Of a stretch of 64,000 nucleotides of DNA, positions 37,009-46,100 are shown one piece after another. A program made the position numbers and the translations under genes. Under the pieces are notes generated by a model. That model was not told where the DNA came from. It saw only the letters and a program-made list of their open reading frames with translations, and searched no databases. This DNA comes from a virus (Duplodnaviria > Caudoviricetes): positions 1,709-65,708 of the IMG/VR virus record IMGVR_UViG_3300027606_000007; one strand, 5' to 3'. How positions within the stretch are numbered: position 1 is the stretch's first letter; the number at the start of each line of letters is the position of its first letter.

Positions 37009-38216
37009 CAGAGACGGACCCCCATCGCTTCCTCACCGATCGAGACCATGCGGTCGAAGAGGAAGTTCTGCATCCCCAGCGAGTAGTCCTCGTGACCGTA
37101 GCGGAGGTGGATGAATTCTTCCAGCAGGGTCGAGGCGAGCTGCTTCGCATTGCCCAGGTCGAAGACCTTCGACGCGACGAAGATCGTCTCATTCTTCGCG
37201 AGGCCGAGACCATGCTCGCCGAGCGAATCGACGAACTTGATCGGGTAGGCGCCGCGGATCTCGAAGCCGAGGTTCGAGCAGAAGTCGAGGGCGATCTCGA
37301 CGCTGTCGGCCTGCCGCTTCGTGAGCGTGATCTCGGTCGGCTGGAACTCGGCGCGGTTCTTGTCTTCGAGGAGCTTGATCGCGGTCGGGTTGGTCTTCAA
37401 GGACTTGTTCGCGCAGCACTCCGCGACGATCTCGTAGAACTCGTCCGAGCCGGTCTCGCCCCAGCCGTGCAGATCGAGGCGGCCCTCGATCGTGGTTTCC
37501 GAAGCGGTCAGCACCTCACGGAGGAAGGCTCGGTCCGTCGACTTCAGGATCGCGCGCCTGATCTCGTTCTGGATCATGTGCGGATACTTCAGCGTGCGGT
37601 CCTCGGTGAGGTCCATTCGATCGAGCGTCGAGTAGGTGAACAGACTCGGATAGATCGTGTTCGAGACACGGACGCCGCGGAAATAGAACGCCGTCCCCTG
37701 ACGCCGGCGGACCTCGACGTTATCGACGGTGAAGGCGGGATCGTCCTGGAGAATGTAGTTGTGCCGCGCATTGAACGCCGCGACCATCTGATCTCCGTAG
37801 ACGACGACCTTCGTCTTCCCATCTTCCGGGTCGGGACAGTAGTCCGGGGTCGACTCCGAACCGTTCTCGTCCTTGCAATTGCAGGACAGCTCGCGATAGG
37901 CCATCCAGACTTCCCAGTTCTTCCCGAGGTCGGTCGTGAAGGCCAGCTCCGACGGATGCTCGTTCTCGCGCTGCATCGTGACGAACTCGAACTCGACGCC
38001 GCGGACGATCTTCTTCGCCGTGCCGAAGTGAAGGACGTTCGAGCCAGCGAAGACGGTGACGGTGTGGCCGGTCCGCAAGAGGACCGCGATCGCGAACTTC
38101 AGCCCAGTCCCGAACATGCCGATCGGGTTCTCGGTTTCCTTCGCGGAGACGCCGAAGGATGTCAACGCGGTGACATCGATGACGCCGTCGTTTTCAAAGA
38201 CGACGATATTTGACAT
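37008..38216 (-). CDS. GHKL-type ATPase-like protein
   Basis: FENDG, FGVSAK, IGMFGTGLKFAIAVLLR; C-terminal LLEEFIH. Confidence 0.65.
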   Translation of the reverse strand: MSNIVVFENDGVIDVTALTSFGVSAKETENPIGMFGTGLKFAIAVLLRTGHTVTVFAGSNVLHFGTAKKIVRGVEFEFVTMQRENEHPSELAFTTDLGKNWEVWMAYRELSCNCKDENGSESTPDYCPDPEDGKTKVVVYGDQMVAAFNARHNYILQDDPAFTVDNVEVRRRQGTAFYFRGVRVSNTIYPSLFTYSTLDRMDLTEDRTLKYPHMIQNEIRRAILKSTDRAFLREVLTASETTIEGRLDLHGWGETGSDEFYEIVAECCANKSLKTNPTAIKLLEDKNRAEFQPTEITLTKRQADSVEIALDFCSNLGFEIRGAYPIKFVDSLGEHGLGLAKNETIFVASKVFDLGNAKQLASTLLEEFIHLRYGHEDYSLGMQNFLFDRMVSIGEEAMGVRL

Positions 38217-38246
38217 GAGGATTCCCTCCGTGGTGTGTGATGCAGG

Positions 38247-38462
38247 TCAGCCCTGCAGGGGTGAGAGCTTCGCCTCGTCGACGGCAACGGCGACGCGCAG
38301 CATCTGGATCCGCTTCTCGAAACGATCGATCTCCTCGGCGGACGCGATGCGCTCCCGCTTCAGCGTGCGGACGTAGGCCTCATCGCTCGCGAGGACGAAG
38401 CGGAGATAGATCAGGCGCAGCATCAGGGGCAGGCGCGCGGCCGCGGCAATGGCGCGCTTCAC
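38247..38462 (-). CDS. Hypothetical protein
   Basis: Coupled small ORF. Confidence 0.45.
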   Translation of the reverse strand: MKRAIAAAARLPLMLRLIYLRFVLASDEAYVRTLKRERIASAEEIDRFEKRIQMLRVAVAVDEAKLSPLQG

Positions 38463-38665
38463 TTCGAGGTCCCGAAGAAGACCCAGGCGGCCAGCGCGGC
38501 GCCGATGGCGACGGCCAGCAGCACACCGGCGACGCGCTCCCAGCGCGCGATCGGCTTCTTCTTCGCCTGGACGCGCGACGGTTGCATCCAGCGGGTGTCG
38601 CGGTCCGGAGGCTTTCTGCGGGAGAGGGCGTCGTGTCGATCGCTCCTGAATTCGGTCCGGCTCAT
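38459..38665 (-). CDS. Small C-terminal TM protein
   Basis: RBS GGAC/GGA; TM segment. Confidence 0.5.
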   Translation of the reverse strand: MSRTEFRSDRHDALSRRKPPDRDTRWMQPSRVQAKKKPIARWERVAGVLLAVAIGAALAAWVFFGTSK

Positions 38666-38778
38666 TTGAGGAGTCCTGTTTCGGTGATGAAGATCGCGGC
38701 GATCACGGCGAAGACGCCGACGCCGATGACGATGAGCGCGACGGCGACGCCGGCGCCCGTGTCGGGCTTGTGGTTCAT
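38662..38778 (-). CDS. Small TM protein (38 aa)
   Basis: ATG 38778 coupled; TM segment. Confidence 0.45.
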   Translation of the reverse strand: MNHKPDTGAGVAVALIVIGVGVFAVIAAIFITETGLLK

Positions 38779-39041
38779 GACTTCTTCGCTCCGTCGATGG
38801 CTTTGCGCGCGGCTTCCTTCGCGATGAGCCCGTCGATCACCTCGCAATCGAACATCTCATGAACGGATTGCCAGTCGATCCACTTCCCGCAGCGGTCGGG
38901 GACTCGGCGGACGTTGCCCTTGTCGTCGAGCAGGAACGAGAAGCGCGCTAGCGCGTTGATCGCGCGCCGCAGCGCCTCGGCGGCCTCATCGTAGGGGCGC
39001 ACCTCCGGCGCCGGATAGGGGTGTTCTGGTTCGGCGCTCAT
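38775..39041 (-). CDS. Hypothetical protein
   Basis: ATGA-coupled. Confidence 0.55.
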   Translation of the reverse strand: MSAEPEHPYPAPEVRPYDEAAEALRRAINALARFSFLLDDKGNVRRVPDRCGKWIDWQSVHEMFDCEVIDGLIAKEAARKAIDGAKKS

Positions 39042-39208
39042 GCTTGCACGAGGGGCAGGCCGGAGATACGAACGAAGCGGCCGTCAGCGGTCTGCACGTC
39101 GCAGGTCCCGAGACCGTGATAGGTGATGACGGTGACCACGGTTTCGCGGCCACGCACGAAGGTGCGGAAGCTGTAGCCGGGGCGGTAGTCGATGCGCTTG
39201 CAGGACAT
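39038..39208 (-). CDS. Hypothetical protein (56 aa), first gene of leftward operon
   Basis: GGAG RBS downstream of repeat cassette. Confidence 0.55.
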   Translation of the reverse strand: MSCKRIDYRPGYSFRTFVRGRETVVTVITYHGLGTCDVQTADGRFVRISGLPLVQA

Positions 39209-39238
39209 GAATTCTCTCCGTCGTTTTGGTGTGAGCGA

Positions 39239-39303
39239 ATCTTCGGCCCGCCGATTGCCGACGTCCATTTGATTTCGTTCATCGCGGTCCTCGGCGCGAT
39301 AGG
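39239..39303 (-). promoter_or_regulatory. 65-bp promoter-like repeat, copy 2
   Basis: CCTAT-N16-ATGAACGAAATCAAA-TGGACG-N17-GAAGAT on minus strand. Confidence 0.8.
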
Positions 39304-39339
39304 CAGAACTCATCCACAAGCGGGTGGAAATCGGAGACA

Positions 39340-39558
39340 TTGGCCGGCATGCAGCAGCCCCCTACCCGAATCGATACACCGGCGTTCGTGATCGTCGTCG
39401 ACGCTGAAGGCGTCCTCGTCGCTCCGCGCGCCCGCCCTGATGACTTCCGTCGCCTCAGTTTCAAAGAGGTCGACAAGCACTTCGAGAAACGATGGCGCGA
39501 AATGAGTTTCGAGCCGACCGCCACGCCCGGCGAACCCTACAAACCGATCGACCCCTGA
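39340..39558 (+). CDS. Hypothetical protein
   Basis: GGAG RBS, TTG or ATG 39349 start. Confidence 0.5.
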   Translation: MAGMQQPPTRIDTPAFVIVVDAEGVLVAPRARPDDFRRLSFKEVDKHFEKRWREMSFEPTATPGEPYKPIDP

Positions 39559-39566
39559 GAGACATC

Positions 39567-39830
39567 ATGAAGACCCGTTGCCAGTCCGGCGACCCCTGCC
39601 TCGTTCTCACCGGCTTCCCGCTGGTCAACCTCGGAACCGAAATCACGGTGACGCGGCTCGGCCTCTGGATGGGCGAACCCGCCTGGGAATACGATGGTCA
39701 CGTCGACGACATGAACGGCAACGGCGAACGCGCCTTCATGGTCCTCGATCGGTGCCTCCTCCCGCTCGGCCGCGTGGTCGACGAGACGGCGCCGGCCGGG
39801 CCCGTGCTGCTCGATCTCTGCATGGAGTGA
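39567..39830 (+). CDS. Hypothetical protein
   Basis: MKTRCQSGDPCLV...; N-terminus resembles next gene. Confidence 0.55.
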   Translation: MKTRCQSGDPCLVLTGFPLVNLGTEITVTRLGLWMGEPAWEYDGHVDDMNGNGERAFMVLDRCLLPLGRVVDETAPAGPVLLDLCME

Positions 39831-39832
39831 AC

Positions 39833-40342
39833 ATGGCTTTCAATTGCGAACCGCGCGACCTCGCGATGGTCGTCCGCACCGAGAACCGCGTCGTCTACGG
39901 GAAGCTCCTCGGCCTGCCGGTACAGCTCTCCGATCGCTTCGAGGACACACCTCGCGGCCGCTACTGGCTTCTCGACGAGATCATCCCCGTCGAGATCTCC
40001 TGCCAGTGCGGGAAATGCCTGCGGATCATCGTCGACGTTGACGCGCTACCGGACCGGATTCTGAAGCCGATCCGCAAAGGCGGCGGCATGGACGAGGCGC
40101 ACCGCCGCTGGCTGGAGCGCGTCAACGACGGCACCGCGACGGACGACCGCGCCCGTCGCGTCGTCGGCGCGCCGGCGCCTGCCGAACCGAATACCTCGGC
40201 GCAAGAGACCGGGCGGCGGCCCTATGGTCTGGATCGGGATCCCGCCGCCGCGGGCCCTGCGGGCGGATTCCTGGGCCTCTGGCTCGATGGATTCGTCAAT
40301 TCCCCATCCACGCGACGGCGCGTCAAACGGTTCGGGGCTTGA
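39833..40342 (+). CDS. Hypothetical protein
   Basis: MAFNCEPRDLAMVV...; CQCGKC. Confidence 0.55.
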   Translation: MAFNCEPRDLAMVVRTENRVVYGKLLGLPVQLSDRFEDTPRGRYWLLDEIIPVEISCQCGKCLRIIVDVDALPDRILKPIRKGGGMDEAHRRWLERVNDGTATDDRARRVVGAPAPAEPNTSAQETGRRPYGLDRDPAAAGPAGGFLGLWLDGFVNSPSTRRRVKRFGA

Positions 40343-40369
40343 CGAACAGGATCCCAGTCGTGATACATT
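40339..40369 (+). promoter_or_regulatory. Sigma70-like promoter
   Basis: TTGACG at 40339 and extended -10 TG-A-TACATT at 40361-40369 (spacer long, 19 nt). Confidence 0.5.
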
Positions 40370-40404
40370 CCGGCCGTCGCTGCTGCCACAGTGAATCGAG
40401 ATCG

Positions 40405-40485
40405 AGGCCCTGGGCCTTCGCTTTCTTCCCCGCGCGAGTGGGACCCGTGGCAGCGGGTAGAGAGCGAGGACCCAGGGCCTTTTTT
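40405..40485 (+). ncRNA. Candidate structured RNA / attenuator (three-way junction + U tract)
   Basis: 21 of 22 bp closing stem (40405-40426 with 40459-40480), two inner hairpins, six Ts. Confidence 0.5.
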
Positions 40486-40746
40486 CATGGCCTGGACCGG
40501 CAGCAGCGACTGGGAAGTCGATGGACGGGCCGCAGGGCATCGCCGGCGTCTGCTTCCGAGAAGCGCAACCGGGGGAAAGGGGATGCAACAGCGCACAGGC
40601 CGGCGGCGAAGGTAGCACCGGCACCCCGAAAGGCTCCCGAGCGCATAACCGTCCTCACGCGGTCGCGAAAGGCTTTCCCCGGCCCCGGCTGGGAATGGCT
40701 GAACGCTCCCCCGAACCTCTGCGGTAAACCCTGATAAGAAGGCTCG

Positions 40747-41283
40747 ATGGAATACAGCATGAAGACCGCGCTCTATCGTCACTTCGACGCCGACGGAGTT
40801 CTCCTCTACATCGGGATCAGTCTCGACGCGATCCACCGTCTGGGGCAGCACAAAAACAATGCCCACTGGTATTCGGCGATCGTGAAGGTCACCGTCGAGT
40901 GGCACCCATCGCGTGAAGTCGCCCTCGAAGCGGAGCGCGCCGCGATTGCAGCCGAGGGTCCTCTGCACAACATCCAACGCCCGGCGATCGTTGGGTCCGT
41001 TCAAGTCGCACTGCCAGCGCGATCGAAGCTGTCGCAGGCCGTCATGCACCAGGGTTCGTTCCGGCTAAACGGCTGGTATCCACGAGAGCATGATGCAGAG
41101 CACATGCTCGGCTGGTTTCGCGCAGTTTTTCCGAAGGATCGATTCGTCCTCGTCGAGCATCACCCTTTCGGGAGCGACCGGATCAGCGAAGTGAATGTTT
41201 TGAAGCCGGCGCAGCATGAGCTTTGGGCCGCGACGCCCCCGGACTATGAGGCAGGGGATCGATTCGACAGCGAGGCAGCATGA
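40747..41283 (+). CDS. GIY-YIG nuclease family protein
   Basis: ALYRHFDADGVLLYIGIS...RLGQH...EAERAAI..EGPLHN. Confidence 0.8.
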   Translation: MEYSMKTALYRHFDADGVLLYIGISLDAIHRLGQHKNNAHWYSAIVKVTVEWHPSREVALEAERAAIAAEGPLHNIQRPAIVGSVQVALPARSKLSQAVMHQGSFRLNGWYPREHDAEHMLGWFRAVFPKDRFVLVEHHPFGSDRISEVNVLKPAQHELWAATPPDYEAGDRFDSEAA

Positions 41284-41450
41284 ACACTCACGAAAAACAG
41301 GAACTTACCCCGCGCCAGCGCGAGATCCTCTTCGAGATCATGACGTCCGAGGACCGCGTCTACTGCATCGGTCGCCGCATCGGCTTGCAGACGCTTCGCG
41401 ACCTGATCCGGTTCGAGCAGCGGCAGCGCCAGGAGGCGAAGCCGTCATGA
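41280..41450 (+). CDS. Small protein (56 aa) absent from ORF track, possible HTH
   Basis: ATGA-coupled both sides; ELTPRQREILFEI. Confidence 0.55.
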   Translation: MNTHEKQELTPRQREILFEIMTSEDRVYCIGRRIGLQTLRDLIRFEQRQRQEAKPS

Positions 41451-41788
41451 TCAGCCCGATCGACACCTCCGGGACGAACATCATCGACCTCCCGGTGACG
41501 CCGCGGGCGCCGCTGGACGCCCCGCAGCAGCCCTTCCTCGTCGAGGCGCCCCAGCCCTGCATCCACTTCCAGGGCCCCTTCTCGATCGACATGGACGCGG
41601 GGAAATGCTTCTGCAAGCGCTGCGGCGGAGAGGTGACCCCGATGTTCGTCCTGAAACAGCTCATGCAGCAGGAGAGCCGCTGGCTCCGTCACCGTCGCGA
41701 ATACGTCGAGGACATGCAGCGCCTCGAACAGCGGTCGAGGACGAAATGCGACCACTGCGGCACGATGACGAAGATCCGCCTCCGCTGA
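41447..41788 (+). CDS. Zn-finger protein
   Basis: CKRC and CDHC. Confidence 0.65.
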   Translation: MISPIDTSGTNIIDLPVTPRAPLDAPQQPFLVEAPQPCIHFQGPFSIDMDAGKCFCKRCGGEVTPMFVLKQLMQQESRWLRHRREYVEDMQRLEQRSRTKCDHCGTMTKIRLR

Positions 41789-41801
41789 AGGAACCGACAC
41801 C

Positions 41802-42179
41802 ATGCGAATCGTCGACCGCAAGACCTTCCTCACGCTCCCGAAGGGGACCGTCTTCATGAAGTTCACGCCGCAGATCTTCGGGACGATCTGCATCAAGGGC
41901 GACACGATCGATGTCGCTGATGTCGGCGACTTCACCTACACCGATTTCGAGACGCCGGACACGGCCTCCGACACGGAGACGATGGACCTCCTCGACGCGG
42001 CCGCGACCACGGACACGACGTTCCGGATGTCGCTCGATCTCGGCAGTCGCGACGGTCTCTTCGACGAGGACCAACTCTTCGCCGTCTTCCAGATCTCGGA
42101 CCTCGATCGCATGATCCACCGCCTCGCGGAGGCGCGGCGCAGCGTCTACCGCATCAACACCCATCCCCTCCTCACCTGA
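41802..42179 (+). CDS. Hypothetical protein
   Basis: AAGGA RBS. Confidence 0.6.
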   Translation: MRIVDRKTFLTLPKGTVFMKFTPQIFGTICIKGDTIDVADVGDFTYTDFETPDTASDTETMDLLDAAATTDTTFRMSLDLGSRDGLFDEDQLFAVFQISDLDRMIHRLAEARRSVYRINTHPLLT

Positions 42180-42193
42180 CCAGGAACCAGACC

Positions 42194-42709
42194 ATGGAAG
42201 TCCCCCTCAGCATCAGCGGCCGGGCGGCCGCCGAAGCGCACCTCGCGGCGATCAGCGCCGAGCATCCCGAAGGCCTCACCGAAGACGTGCTGCGGCGCGA
42301 GCTGATGCAACGCCTGATGACGGATCCCGCGATCGCGGCGGATCTCGCAGGGCTCAAGCTGGCAGTCGACACCCGCGGGAAGTCGATGCAGACCTCGATC
42401 GCAGAGAAGCTGCGCGACGCCGGCGCGAACGTGGTCGTCATCGACGGCACCGAGCCGGACGAGATCCAGGGGCGCAAGCTCGCCGAGAGGATGATCGTCG
42501 ACGAGCTGGGCGCGCTGCGGGACGGCGCACACCGCGCGCTGGCCGTCGGCCTCCTGCACTCGTCGCGCTACCTCGGCAAGGGCGACTGCGAGGACATCCG
42601 CCCGATGCCGCCCCCGCTGCGCGCCAGCGGGAACCGTCAGGAGCGCCGCGCCCAGGAGCGCCGCCTCCGCCACGCCGCGAAGCAAGCCACGAAGGGAGCG
42701 CGTCGATGA
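42194..42709 (+). CDS. Hypothetical protein
   Basis: AGGA RBS. Confidence 0.55.
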   Translation: MEVPLSISGRAAAEAHLAAISAEHPEGLTEDVLRRELMQRLMTDPAIAADLAGLKLAVDTRGKSMQTSIAEKLRDAGANVVVIDGTEPDEIQGRKLAERMIVDELGALRDGAHRALAVGLLHSSRYLGKGDCEDIRPMPPPLRASGNRQERRAQERRLRHAAKQATKGARR

Positions 42710-43203
42710 CGAAGCCGAAGAAGGCCGGCGGGCCGCAACCGCCGATGATGGTCGCCGAGCTGGTCGCGCTGGGCGTCAGCGAGCAGAACGCCTCGGACTG
42801 GATCTACACGCGGAAGAAGAAGGGCGGCGTCGACGGCGTCACCGCATCGGCCTGGGAGCGGCACTGCCGCGAGGCGGAGAAGGCAGGGATCACGCCGATC
42901 GAGGCCGTCCAGTTCTGCGCCGAGGTCGGTCACTGGGGCTTCCATGCCTCGGCCTACTTCGATCAGCAGCGCCGCGCCGGTGTCCAGGTCCACAGCGCGA
43001 AGACGACACCGCGGACAACGACGTTCTCGCAGCAGACCACCGCGGACCGGGCCCGCAAGCTCGGATCCCTCACGAATGGCCGCCTCGGCGCGGCCCCGGC
43101 ATCGCCGCCGCGGCAGATGTCGATCGAGCAGCCGGAGGACCTCCGCAGCGCCGCCGAAATCATGGAGTCCGAGAATGCCCGCCGTCCCCGCCTTGCCCAC
43201 TGA
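42706..43203 (+). CDS. Stand-alone domain resembling C-terminus of lambdoid replication initiators
   Basis: GVSEQNASDWIYTRKKK...EAEKAGIT...HWGFHASAY; precedes P-like gene. Confidence 0.5.
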   Translation: MTKPKKAGGPQPPMMVAELVALGVSEQNASDWIYTRKKKGGVDGVTASAWERHCREAEKAGITPIEAVQFCAEVGHWGFHASAYFDQQRRAGVQVHSAKTTPRTTTFSQQTTADRARKLGSLTNGRLGAAPASPPRQMSIEQPEDLRSAAEIMESENARRPRLAH

Positions 43204-43834
43204 CCCGCCGCCCTTCGAGCTGATCGGCGACGTCTTCGCGAAGTTCGTCGTCATCTACGGCCAGGGGAAGGTCCTCTCGATGCTCGACGGCATCGGGTCC
43301 GACGAGGACGACTTCGACGCGAAGGTCCGAGTCGTGCAAGAGGAATGGAGACAGCGCCTCCGCGGCGTCTCCGTCTTCCAGATCGGAATCGCGATCGAGC
43401 GCCTCGGCGAGGCACACGCGAAATTTCCGCCGAACGTCCTGGAGTTCGTCGCGCTCTGCAAGTCGGTTCGACTGCCGGAGCAGCGCCCCGCCTTCGACCT
43501 CGACAGCGAGGACAAGAAGACGACGAAGCAGCCCTATCGAGATCCGGAGCGCTGGCGCGCCGCGATGATGAAGCTCGCCGAGGGCTACAAGGCGAACCAC
43601 GAGGACCGGCTCGGCTGGGCGAAAGAGATCCTCGCGCGGCACCGCCGCGGTGAGACCGTCACCGCCGAGCGACTCGCGATGGCGAAGCGCGCCCTCCGCA
43701 TGAGCGACGACGAACCGATCGCACCGCAGACCGCGGGCTCGTTTCCAGGCGTTCCCGTCGAGGCGTGGCCGGAAGCGATGCGTCCGAAGCGGGGCTCGTC
43801 GAGCATGCCCGGCGAGGATCGGTTCGGATCATGA
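43175..43834 (+). CDS. Lambda P-like helicase loader
   Basis: EWRQRLRG..QIGIAIERL...KFPPNVLEFVALCK. Confidence 0.5.
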   Translation: MPAVPALPTDPPPFELIGDVFAKFVVIYGQGKVLSMLDGIGSDEDDFDAKVRVVQEEWRQRLRGVSVFQIGIAIERLGEAHAKFPPNVLEFVALCKSVRLPEQRPAFDLDSEDKKTTKQPYRDPERWRAAMMKLAEGYKANHEDRLGWAKEILARHRRGETVTAERLAMAKRALRMSDDEPIAPQTAGSFPGVPVEAWPEAMRPKRGSSSMPGEDRFGS

Positions 43835-44016
43835 GGACCTTCATCATCGTCGAGCCCGGATACCGCTCCTGGGAGCTGAAGCGGACCCGTCGACAACCTC
43901 GAAACCCGCGGCTCTGGGTGAAGCTGTCGCGCCTGCGCGGCGCCGTCGAGCAGCACTGCGCCGACGTCGAGCTGAAGCGCCAGATCGCGCGGCTCATGCT
44001 GCGCGGGGAGGTTTGA
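43831..44016 (+). CDS. Hypothetical protein
   Basis: ATGA-coupled. Confidence 0.45.
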   Translation: MRTFIIVEPGYRSWELKRTRRQPRNPRLWVKLSRLRGAVEQHCADVELKRQIARLMLRGEV

Positions 44017-44021
44017 GAAAA

Positions 44022-44086
44022 CCTATCGCGGCCGCCGCCGGGATCGGAACAATCAAATGGACCGAGGCGATTAGAGGACCGAAGAT
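44022..44086 (+). promoter_or_regulatory. 65-bp promoter-like repeat, copy 3
   Basis: CCTAT-N16-ATCGGAACAATCAAA-TGGACC-N17-GAAGAT. Confidence 0.85.
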
Positions 44087-44122
44087 CTCTCCATCACAAC
44101 ACCTGATGACGGAGAACCTGAA

Positions 44123-44554
44123 ATGTCGATCTTCAAGAAGCAAGCCCTCGTCGCCACCTTCCCGGCCTATGACGTGTTCGAGCGCGAAGCCGCTCCGAAG
44201 TATCAGACCGGCGTCGAAGGCGCTGTCGAGATCTCGTCCACCGACATCCTCGGCCTCGACAGCGGCCGCGGCTTCCACCGCACCTACAGCCCCGGAAGCG
44301 TCGCCTCCTACGCGCTGGAATACAACGAGTGCCCGATTGAGGCCTACGAGCGCGCCGTCGCCCGGGGTCATAAGACGCACTGGATCAACCACCGCGCGAC
44401 CGCGCTGACCGCCCACAAGCAAGCGAAGGAAACGCTCGTGCAGGTCCGCGTCGGCATGCTGGTCCGCTTCGAGGGCCGCCTCTTCACCATCGAGGCCGCC
44501 CCGAATGACAACCTCTCGCTGAAGCCATTCGTCGCCGTCCAGGCCGCCGCCTGA
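44123..44554 (+). CDS. Hypothetical early protein
   Basis: GGAG RBS after cassette. Confidence 0.7.
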   Translation: MSIFKKQALVATFPAYDVFEREAAPKYQTGVEGAVEISSTDILGLDSGRGFHRTYSPGSVASYALEYNECPIEAYERAVARGHKTHWINHRATALTAHKQAKETLVQVRVGMLVRFEGRLFTIEAAPNDNLSLKPFVAVQAAA

Positions 44555-44555
44555 C

Positions 44556-45137
44556 ATGAGCGCCGTCGAAACCGCGGCGCCGGCGCGCCGCACCCCCTAC
44601 GCGGAGATCGACCTCCGCAAGGGAACCGTCTGGCCCGCCACCGTGCCGGCCATGACGGACGCCGATGCGATCAACGCCTTCCGCCGCCTCTTCCGCTGGG
44701 CAGAGGGGAAGCTCTGGGACGGCGAGATCCGGATCACCTCCGGCAACCGGAACAATTGGGCCCGCCGCGGCGTGATGTTCGTCAACCCGTCTCAGGGCTG
44801 GAAGGCCTTCGCGCACGACCTCTCCCACTTCTTCTACTTCCGGGCGAATCCGTTCGATCGCCCGCACTCGAAGAACCATGCGCGTTTCGAGACCCGCCTC
44901 ATCCGCGAGATCCTGAAGCGGGGCTGGCTCGATCAGAAGCCCGCCCAGGCGCCGGCACCGATGCCGGACGAGCGGCAGGCCCGGCTCGATGCCGTTGACG
45001 CGCTGGAAGCCCGCCTGGACGCCCGCGAGGCCGACTGGCAGAAGAAGCTCCGCCGCGCGGAGACCTTCCTCAAGAAGATCGCCAGGGAGCGCAAGAAGCT
45101 GCAGCGCGCCCGCGACCGCATCACCTCCGGAGCCTGA
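44556..45137 (+). CDS. Hypothetical protein with HDLSH motif and coiled-coil tail
   Basis: AHDLSHF...H; C-terminal heptads. Confidence 0.6.
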   Translation: MSAVETAAPARRTPYAEIDLRKGTVWPATVPAMTDADAINAFRRLFRWAEGKLWDGEIRITSGNRNNWARRGVMFVNPSQGWKAFAHDLSHFFYFRANPFDRPHSKNHARFETRLIREILKRGWLDQKPAQAPAPMPDERQARLDAVDALEARLDAREADWQKKLRRAETFLKKIARERKKLQRARDRITSGA

Positions 45138-45139
45138 CC

Positions 45140-45886
45140 ATGTCGACCACCGAGAAGCCCTACGCCTACGCGATGGAACACGTCGGCCACTCGCCGAGCC
45201 TGACCACGGACCCGACGGACTACCTGCCGGAGGAGCGGAAGTCGCTGATCCCGCTCTGGCGCCATCCCTTCGGCCTCGACGCCGCCTCCGGACTGCCCGG
45301 CCTGCGCGTGCAGCACGGATCCTCCGGGATCGAGATCGCCGTCAAGCTGTCCCAGAAGTTCGACTGCGTCGAGTTCACCCTCAACGACAACCCGCAGCCG
45401 GTCTTCGTATCGCCGTGGATGCAGTTCGAGCCGTCGGCGATGTCCGACGAGCGGCATCGCATCGCGTCCGAGATCGCGCGCCGCGCCGTCGTGCATGACA
45501 ACCTCCTCGCCGAGATCGAGAAGCAGAAGGGCCAGATCCGCGGGCTCTGGGATCAGATCGACGCGCTGCGCGACTCGAAGGCCGCCCTCATCGACGTCTG
45601 GAAGGCGGATCGCGCGAAGCATGGCCTCCCCGCCGACTTCTCCGACGTCACCGGCTGGACCCGCGAGACGATGTCGGACTTCCGCTTCACCGACGCGGCC
45701 ATCATGCGCAAGGCGCTGGAAGAGCTGGCCGGCGTCACCGATACCCTCTGCAACGGGATCGAGTGGAACATCGAGAACCATCCGACGGTGATGAACCAGT
45801 CCGACGAGGAAGCCCTCGCCGCTGGCCGCGCCGCCGTGCAGCGCACCGAGGCCGTCATCGCCGGCGACTTCAAGGGGAGAGAGTGA
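45140..45886 (+). CDS. Hypothetical protein
   Basis: ORF in operon. Confidence 0.6.
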   Translation: MSTTEKPYAYAMEHVGHSPSLTTDPTDYLPEERKSLIPLWRHPFGLDAASGLPGLRVQHGSSGIEIAVKLSQKFDCVEFTLNDNPQPVFVSPWMQFEPSAMSDERHRIASEIARRAVVHDNLLAEIEKQKGQIRGLWDQIDALRDSKAALIDVWKADRAKHGLPADFSDVTGWTRETMSDFRFTDAAIMRKALEELAGVTDTLCNGIEWNIENHPTVMNQSDEEALAAGRAAVQRTEAVIAGDFKGRE

Positions 45887-46098
45887 TCGTGGAATTCACC
45901 TTCCTCATCAAACCGCTCCCTCTGAACCGTCACCAGATGTGCGACGTCCTCAACGCATTGCCGCCGGCGCTGCAGGCCGACCTCGTCCAGGTAGTGCGCG
46001 AGTCGACGGGCCACACCTACGGCCTCTTCCGCGTGAAGACCGAATTCGTGAACGAGGCCCGCTTCGGCCTCGGCATCAGCAACCAGACCGGAGCCTGA
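45883..46098 (+). CDS. Hypothetical protein
   Basis: GTGA overlap. Confidence 0.5.
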   Translation: MIVEFTFLIKPLPLNRHQMCDVLNALPPALQADLVQVVRESTGHTYGLFRVKTEFVNEARFGLGISNQTGA

Positions 46099-46100
46099 CC

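Noticed and set aside
39209-39340. cI/cro immunity switch at the divergence point
   Set aside because: Flanking ORFs have no HTH or S24 features and no operator-like inverted repeats were seen; only the repeat cassette is present
44043-44057. GGAAC and TCAAA in the repeat read as a sigmaE/ECF promoter
   Set aside because: The two elements are only 2 nt apart instead of about 16, so they cannot be -35/-10
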